A DNA stretch of 64,000 nt from Rhodothermales bacterium. GTDB lineage: Bacteria > Bacteroidota > Rhodothermia > Rhodothermales > VXPQ01. Under the pieces are notes generated by a model that saw nothing but the letters and a program-made list of their open reading frames with translations, was not told the DNA's origin and did not search any database. Shown here piece by piece: positions 59,736 through 64,000 of the stretch (position 1 is its first letter; every line of letters starts with the position of its first letter). The stretch is from the NCBI GenBank assembly GCA_951812345.1, contig OX638295.1, forward strand, positions 2,542,965 through 2,606,964, in the 5' to 3' direction. The position numbers and the translations under genes were made by a program.

Positions 59736-62435
59736 ATGCTTGCGACGGCGCGTATTCTGTGTTTTTTCATACTGGGGTTTGCAGCGATGACGCGTCTGGC
59801 CCCCGCAGGCTGGAGTCAGACGCACACCCGCGTGCAGGACGTCTCCATGGAGGACCCCGCCGGGATACAGGTCGTTACCGCGACGGCCGCGGCTGAGGCT
59901 ATACAGATAGACGGTCGGCTGGACGAATCGGCCTGGGCGCAGGGTGTAATCGCCGACCGGTTTTTCCAGTTGGATCCCCTTGAAGGGATGCCGGCGACCG
60001 AGCGCACCGAAGCCATCGTGCTGTACGACAGCGACGCTATCTATGTCGGCGCCCGCCTGTTCGACAGCGCGCCGGACTCGATTATCGCTCGTCTGGGCCG
60101 CCGCGATGCACAGTTGGAATCCGATTTTTTCGCGGTCTGCCTGGATCCGTATCTGGACCGCCGCAGCGGATACTATTTCGGCCTGAACGCCGCCGGCACC
60201 CTCCATGACGGGGTGCTCGTGAACGACAACAGCGACGATTCTGACTGGGATGGTGTGTGGCAAGGGCGCGTCCAGCGGACATCGTATGGATGGACGGCCG
60301 AGATGCGCATTCCCTATTCGCAACTGCGGTTCTACCAGCAGGACCGGTATGTGTGGGGCATCAACTTCATACGCGGCATCTCGCGCAAGCAGGAGCGCGC
60401 GTATCTGGTCTACACGCCCAGTGACGAAAGCGGCTTCGTGAGCCGCTTCCCGGAACTGGTGGGCATTCGGGATATCAGCCCGAGCCGCCAACTGGAGATT
60501 ATCCCTTACGTCACATCGCGCGCCTCCTACGATCAAACGGCCGGCGAAGGCAATCCGTTCAACGACGGCTCCGTGTACGGTCTGGACGGCGGCGTGGACG
60601 TACGGTACGCCCTGACGTCCAACCTGACGATGAACGCCACGGTAAATCCGGATTTCGGGCAGGTGGAGGTGGACCCGGCCGTCATCAACCTGAGTGACTA
60701 CGAGACATACTTCTCGGAAAAACGTCCGTTTTTCGTGGAGGGGGCTTCCGTGTTCGGCGACTTCGGAATGGGCGGCCCCAGATTTAACCTGAGTTTTAAC
60801 AACAGTCCGTCGTTTTTCTACAGTCGCCGCATCGGGCGTTCGCCCGCGGGCAGATTACCCGGTCATGCGTTTTCGGATATGCCGGACGGTACGCGCATCC
60901 TCGGAGCCACGAAGGTGGTGGGCAAGTTGGCCGGCAATTGGAACGTGGGAACTCTGCAGGCGCTCACGGGCCGGGAGCATGCCCGGCTGCAGAGCGGGAC
61001 CGGGGTGCGATCCGAAGCGGAGGTAGAGCCGACAACCTACTACGGCGTGTACCGCGCCCAGAAAGAATTCACGGACGGACGCCATGGACTGGGCTTTATG
61101 TCCACCGTCAACCAGCGGTTTTTCTCGGACGAGCGCCTCATGGACCAGATGAACAAGCGGTCGTTGAGCTTCGGCGTGGACGGGTGGACCTTCCTCGACA
61201 GGGAAAACACATGGGTCCTGAATGGCTGGGCCGGTTTGTCTCACCTCAATGGGACCGAGCAGCGGCTGCTCGATATCCAGCGCAGTTCGCTACATTATTT
61301 CCAGCGCCCGGACGTCGATCATGTCCGCATCGACAGTAGCGCCACGTCGCTGAGCGGATGGGCCGGACGAATTGGCCTGAGCAAGGAACGCGGGCGCCTT
61401 TCCTTCAATACGGCCATTGAAGCGGTATCTCCTTCCTTCGACGTAAACGACGCCGGTTTCCAATCCAGCTCGGACGCCATCAATAGCCATATCGGATTGG
61501 GATACAGCTGGAACGACCCCACCCGCTTTACAAGGGACGCCTTTGTGCTTGCCGCCCTGTTCCGGGGCGTCGATTTCTCCGGGAATGCGTTCTCGACAGG
61601 CGCCTTTGTCTTCTCCCGCATCGAATTCCTGAATTACTACACCGCGTTCGGGCGCTTTTTCGCCACGCCGGAAACCATGACCAGGCGGCGCACGCGCGGC
61701 GGTCCATTGACGCTGGAGCCGGGCGGCATGGGCATGGACGTATCCCTGTCTTCGGACCGGCGCAAGAAGTTTGTGGTCGGCCTGGGCGTGGATATGGAAC
61801 GCGGGGAATCCGGAAAGGAAACGGGACTGGAAGTGGACATCGAGTGGCAGGCGGCGCCCAACATAGCCCTTGCCATCAGCCCTTCCGTTTCATGGGAAAC
61901 CGAAAAGAGCCAGTGGGTCGGCGCCTTCGACGATCCGCTGGCTGCGCGGACGTTCGGAAAGCGGTATGTATTCGCCAAACTCGACCAGATAACCCTGGCG
62001 TCCACCGTACGGCTCAACTGGACGTTTACTCCGGAACTGAGTTTTCAGTTGTATGCGCAGCCGCTCGTTGCCGTGGGCGACTACTCGGAGTACAAGGAAC
62101 TGGCCCGCTCGCGCTCCTATGACTTTGTGCGCTACGGGGAAGCAGGCTCGACGTTCGATGCGGAAACGCTGGTGGCGGATCCGGACGGACCCGGCGGACT
62201 TGCCGAAACCATCGAGCTTCCCAACCGCGACTTCAATATAGCTTCACTCCGGGGAACGGCCGTGGCGCGCTGGGAATACCGGCCGGGCTCTACGCTGTAT
62301 CTGGTCTGGACACAGCAGCGATCCGACTTTACGAACGATCCTTATTTCGACTTCGGCCCGTCGTTCAACCAGTTGGCGACAGCGCCCATGCAGAATGTGT
62401 TCGTGCTGAAAATGAACTGGTGGTTCAGTTCGTAG
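59736..62435 (+). CDS. DUF5916 / CBM9-like domain protein (outer-membrane-associated)
   Basis: 899 aa with a signal peptide. IQIDGRLDESAWAQ...F.Q..P..G is a CBM9-like N-terminus. The long beta-rich C-terminal region ends ...VFVLKMNWWFSS. Confidence 0.75.
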   Translation: MLATARILCFFILGFAAMTRLAPAGWSQTHTRVQDVSMEDPAGIQVVTATAAAEAIQIDGRLDESAWAQGVIADRFFQLDPLEGMPATERTEAIVLYDSDAIYVGARLFDSAPDSIIARLGRRDAQLESDFFAVCLDPYLDRRSGYYFGLNAAGTLHDGVLVNDNSDDSDWDGVWQGRVQRTSYGWTAEMRIPYSQLRFYQQDRYVWGINFIRGISRKQERAYLVYTPSDESGFVSRFPELVGIRDISPSRQLEIIPYVTSRASYDQTAGEGNPFNDGSVYGLDGGVDVRYALTSNLTMNATVNPDFGQVEVDPAVINLSDYETYFSEKRPFFVEGASVFGDFGMGGPRFNLSFNNSPSFFYSRRIGRSPAGRLPGHAFSDMPDGTRILGATKVVGKLAGNWNVGTLQALTGREHARLQSGTGVRSEAEVEPTTYYGVYRAQKEFTDGRHGLGFMSTVNQRFFSDERLMDQMNKRSLSFGVDGWTFLDRENTWVLNGWAGLSHLNGTEQRLLDIQRSSLHYFQRPDVDHVRIDSSATSLSGWAGRIGLSKERGRLSFNTAIEAVSPSFDVNDAGFQSSSDAINSHIGLGYSWNDPTRFTRDAFVLAALFRGVDFSGNAFSTGAFVFSRIEFLNYYTAFGRFFATPETMTRRRTRGGPLTLEPGGMGMDVSLSSDRRKKFVVGLGVDMERGESGKETGLEVDIEWQAAPNIALAISPSVSWETEKSQWVGAFDDPLAARTFGKRYVFAKLDQITLASTVRLNWTFTPELSFQLYAQPLVAVGDYSEYKELARSRSYDFVRYGEAGSTFDAETLVADPDGPGGLAETIELPNRDFNIASLRGTAVARWEYRPGSTLYLVWTQQRSDFTNDPYFDFGPSFNQLATAPMQNVFVLKMNWWFSS

Positions 62436-62521
62436 GAGTGTATTATGCATTTATTGCATAGATCGGGGTACTTCTATTCGAAAAATGCATAGAAGGAATT
62501 ATTCTCTTTGGGAAATTAGAC

Positions 62522-63778
62522 ATGTGCCCGGTCAGCTCCATCCGTCGCATCTCTTTCCTTGTCCTCTTGCTCGTCATCCTGGGAGGATGCGGTTCCAATA
62601 CGGATGGCAGGGATGAAGACACGGTTTCCTCCGAGTCGTTTCAACGTACAATTCCCTTGTCCCCCGAGGCCGCGCACTTCGTGCGACTGGCGCGGCAGGC
62701 GCTGGCCCGTCAGAACTACGTGCAGGGACTCGCCTTCGCCGACAGCGCGATAACGCACGCGCCTTTTGCCCCCGACGGCCACTTCGTGCAGGGGCTGATT
62801 TATTTCGAGTTGGGACGCATTGACGAAGCAGGGGCGTCGTGGCGCAAGGTGGAACGAATGCAGCCCGATTACCCCGGACTTGCCCACAATCTCGGGAATG
62901 TGGCGTTCCAGGACCGTCGCTACCGCGAGGCGCTGACCTTCTACACACGAGAGACCGAGCGCAGCAACGACCCCAACCCGTGGCACGGACTCGGCGGTAC
63001 CCACGAGGTGCTGGGCAACGCAGCGGAGGCGCGGGAAGCCTACCTGCAGGCCGTTGCCCTCGATCCGGACTACATTCCTGCGTATGCCGCGCTTACCGAC
63101 TGGTATGAACGCGAAGGCGACTTCAACGCGGCGCTGGCGAATGCCCAGCAGGCTTTTGCCCTCGACACGACCAACCTCGCATATCGTTACAAGGTAGGCG
63201 CCCTGCGCCGCCGGGTGGGTGAACCGGCTGCGGCGATTCCGCACCTGCGCGCCGTGCTGGAGGCCCAACCATGGAACTACCAGGCCGCCTTCTCCCTGGG
63301 CCAGTCATTACGGGATCTGGGGCGGTCGGATGAGGCCGCCGCGATGCTTGCCCAAGCTGACCAATTGCGCGCGGAGCAACAGGACGTCGCGCGCTACGGG
63401 CGCGAAGCGCGAACCACGCCGGAAAGTTTCCAGACGCAATTGATCTATGCCGATGCATTGCGCCGCTCGGGCCGGCTGGAAGAAGCGCTTAAGGTCTATA
63501 ATGTCGCGCTCAGCCTGCGCCCGCAAAATCTGGCGCTGCAAGCCAACATCGCCACGCTGTATGCGCAAACGGGGCGGCATGCTGAAGCCGAAACATTGTT
63601 CAACGAGGTGCTGCACATCGACTCGACGCATGCCGAGGCATGGGCCAATCTGGGTTTGCTGTATCTGAGTACGGGGCAGCTCGTAAAGGCGGACGCCGCG
63701 CTGCATCGCGCATTCCGCTACGGCGAGGGCAACCCTGCGGTAGAGGCGGTTCGGGAACGGCTTGGCCAGCGCCGGTGA
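62522..63778 (+). CDS. TPR-repeat lipoprotein
   Basis: The lipobox is LVILGGCGS. There are multiple 34-aa TPR units (W..LG..Y...G....A...Y..AL.LDP). Confidence 0.8.
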   Translation: MCPVSSIRRISFLVLLLVILGGCGSNTDGRDEDTVSSESFQRTIPLSPEAAHFVRLARQALARQNYVQGLAFADSAITHAPFAPDGHFVQGLIYFELGRIDEAGASWRKVERMQPDYPGLAHNLGNVAFQDRRYREALTFYTRETERSNDPNPWHGLGGTHEVLGNAAEAREAYLQAVALDPDYIPAYAALTDWYEREGDFNAALANAQQAFALDTTNLAYRYKVGALRRRVGEPAAAIPHLRAVLEAQPWNYQAAFSLGQSLRDLGRSDEAAAMLAQADQLRAEQQDVARYGREARTTPESFQTQLIYADALRRSGRLEEALKVYNVALSLRPQNLALQANIATLYAQTGRHAEAETLFNEVLHIDSTHAEAWANLGLLYLSTGQLVKADAALHRAFRYGEGNPAVEAVRERLGQRR

Positions 63779-64000
63779 ATCTTTTCCGGGGGCACGCTCC
63801 GCCAGGCGTCATTCCCAGGTGGCGATGTCGGGGCCCGTCATTCCCCGTCGAGTGTCATGATCCGGTCAAACAACAGGCTGTCCGTCGTCACGGTTGCCTG
63901 ATCGTAAAGTCGTCGGAGGAGACGGTACTCGTTGTAGCGCGGGGCAACAACCCGCTGGAGCGAATCCCTCGCGGCCGCATACGTGGTTGCCGGTTCCGCG

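Noticed and set aside
63838-64000. An open minus-strand frame (54 codons, stop at 63838-63840) running off the window end
   Set aside because: It is possibly the 3' end of a real gene, but it is too short and motif-free to support in GC-rich DNA.

Overview
The window is a roughly 60% GC bacterial chromosome segment. Two T9SS-type C-terminal sorting domains, TAT-signal Gfo/Idh/MocA enzymes and a split MacAB-type efflux layout suggest a Rhodothermota/Bacteroidota-like organism; this is inference only. Core genes are atpA(partial)-atpG-tRNA-Ser(GCT), then glpK-glpF, tRNA-Ser(TGA), a TolC/adaptor/ABC efflux set, a sulfatase, uvrA, smc, clpB, uxuA, nadE, pgl-zwf, ppk2 and a GH10/GH5/CBM hemicellulose cluster. 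The unusual part is a 13.7-kb accessory island (1841-15584) between tRNA-Ser(GCT) and glpK. It holds an HsdR_N-like nuclease-fold protein and a 5.6-kb IS1595-bounded composite transposon flanked by identical 8-bp duplications, which carries an AT-rich three-gene envelope/secreted cassette. It also holds IS256 and IS3 wreckage, an ImmA/IrrE+DUF4411(PIN-like) pair, a NucS-like nuclease fusion with a probable frameshift, and an m5C-methyltransferase/putative REase/Vsr operon. Outside the island, a MITE-like element with perfect 15-bp TIRs (GGATACTCTGATCAA) recurs in at least 6 intergenic spacers. Many long ORFs in the track are antisense shadows of real genes, as expected in high-GC DNA, and were rejected. 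All calls rest on reading the sequence and recognising protein motifs. No database search, folding or statistics were run.
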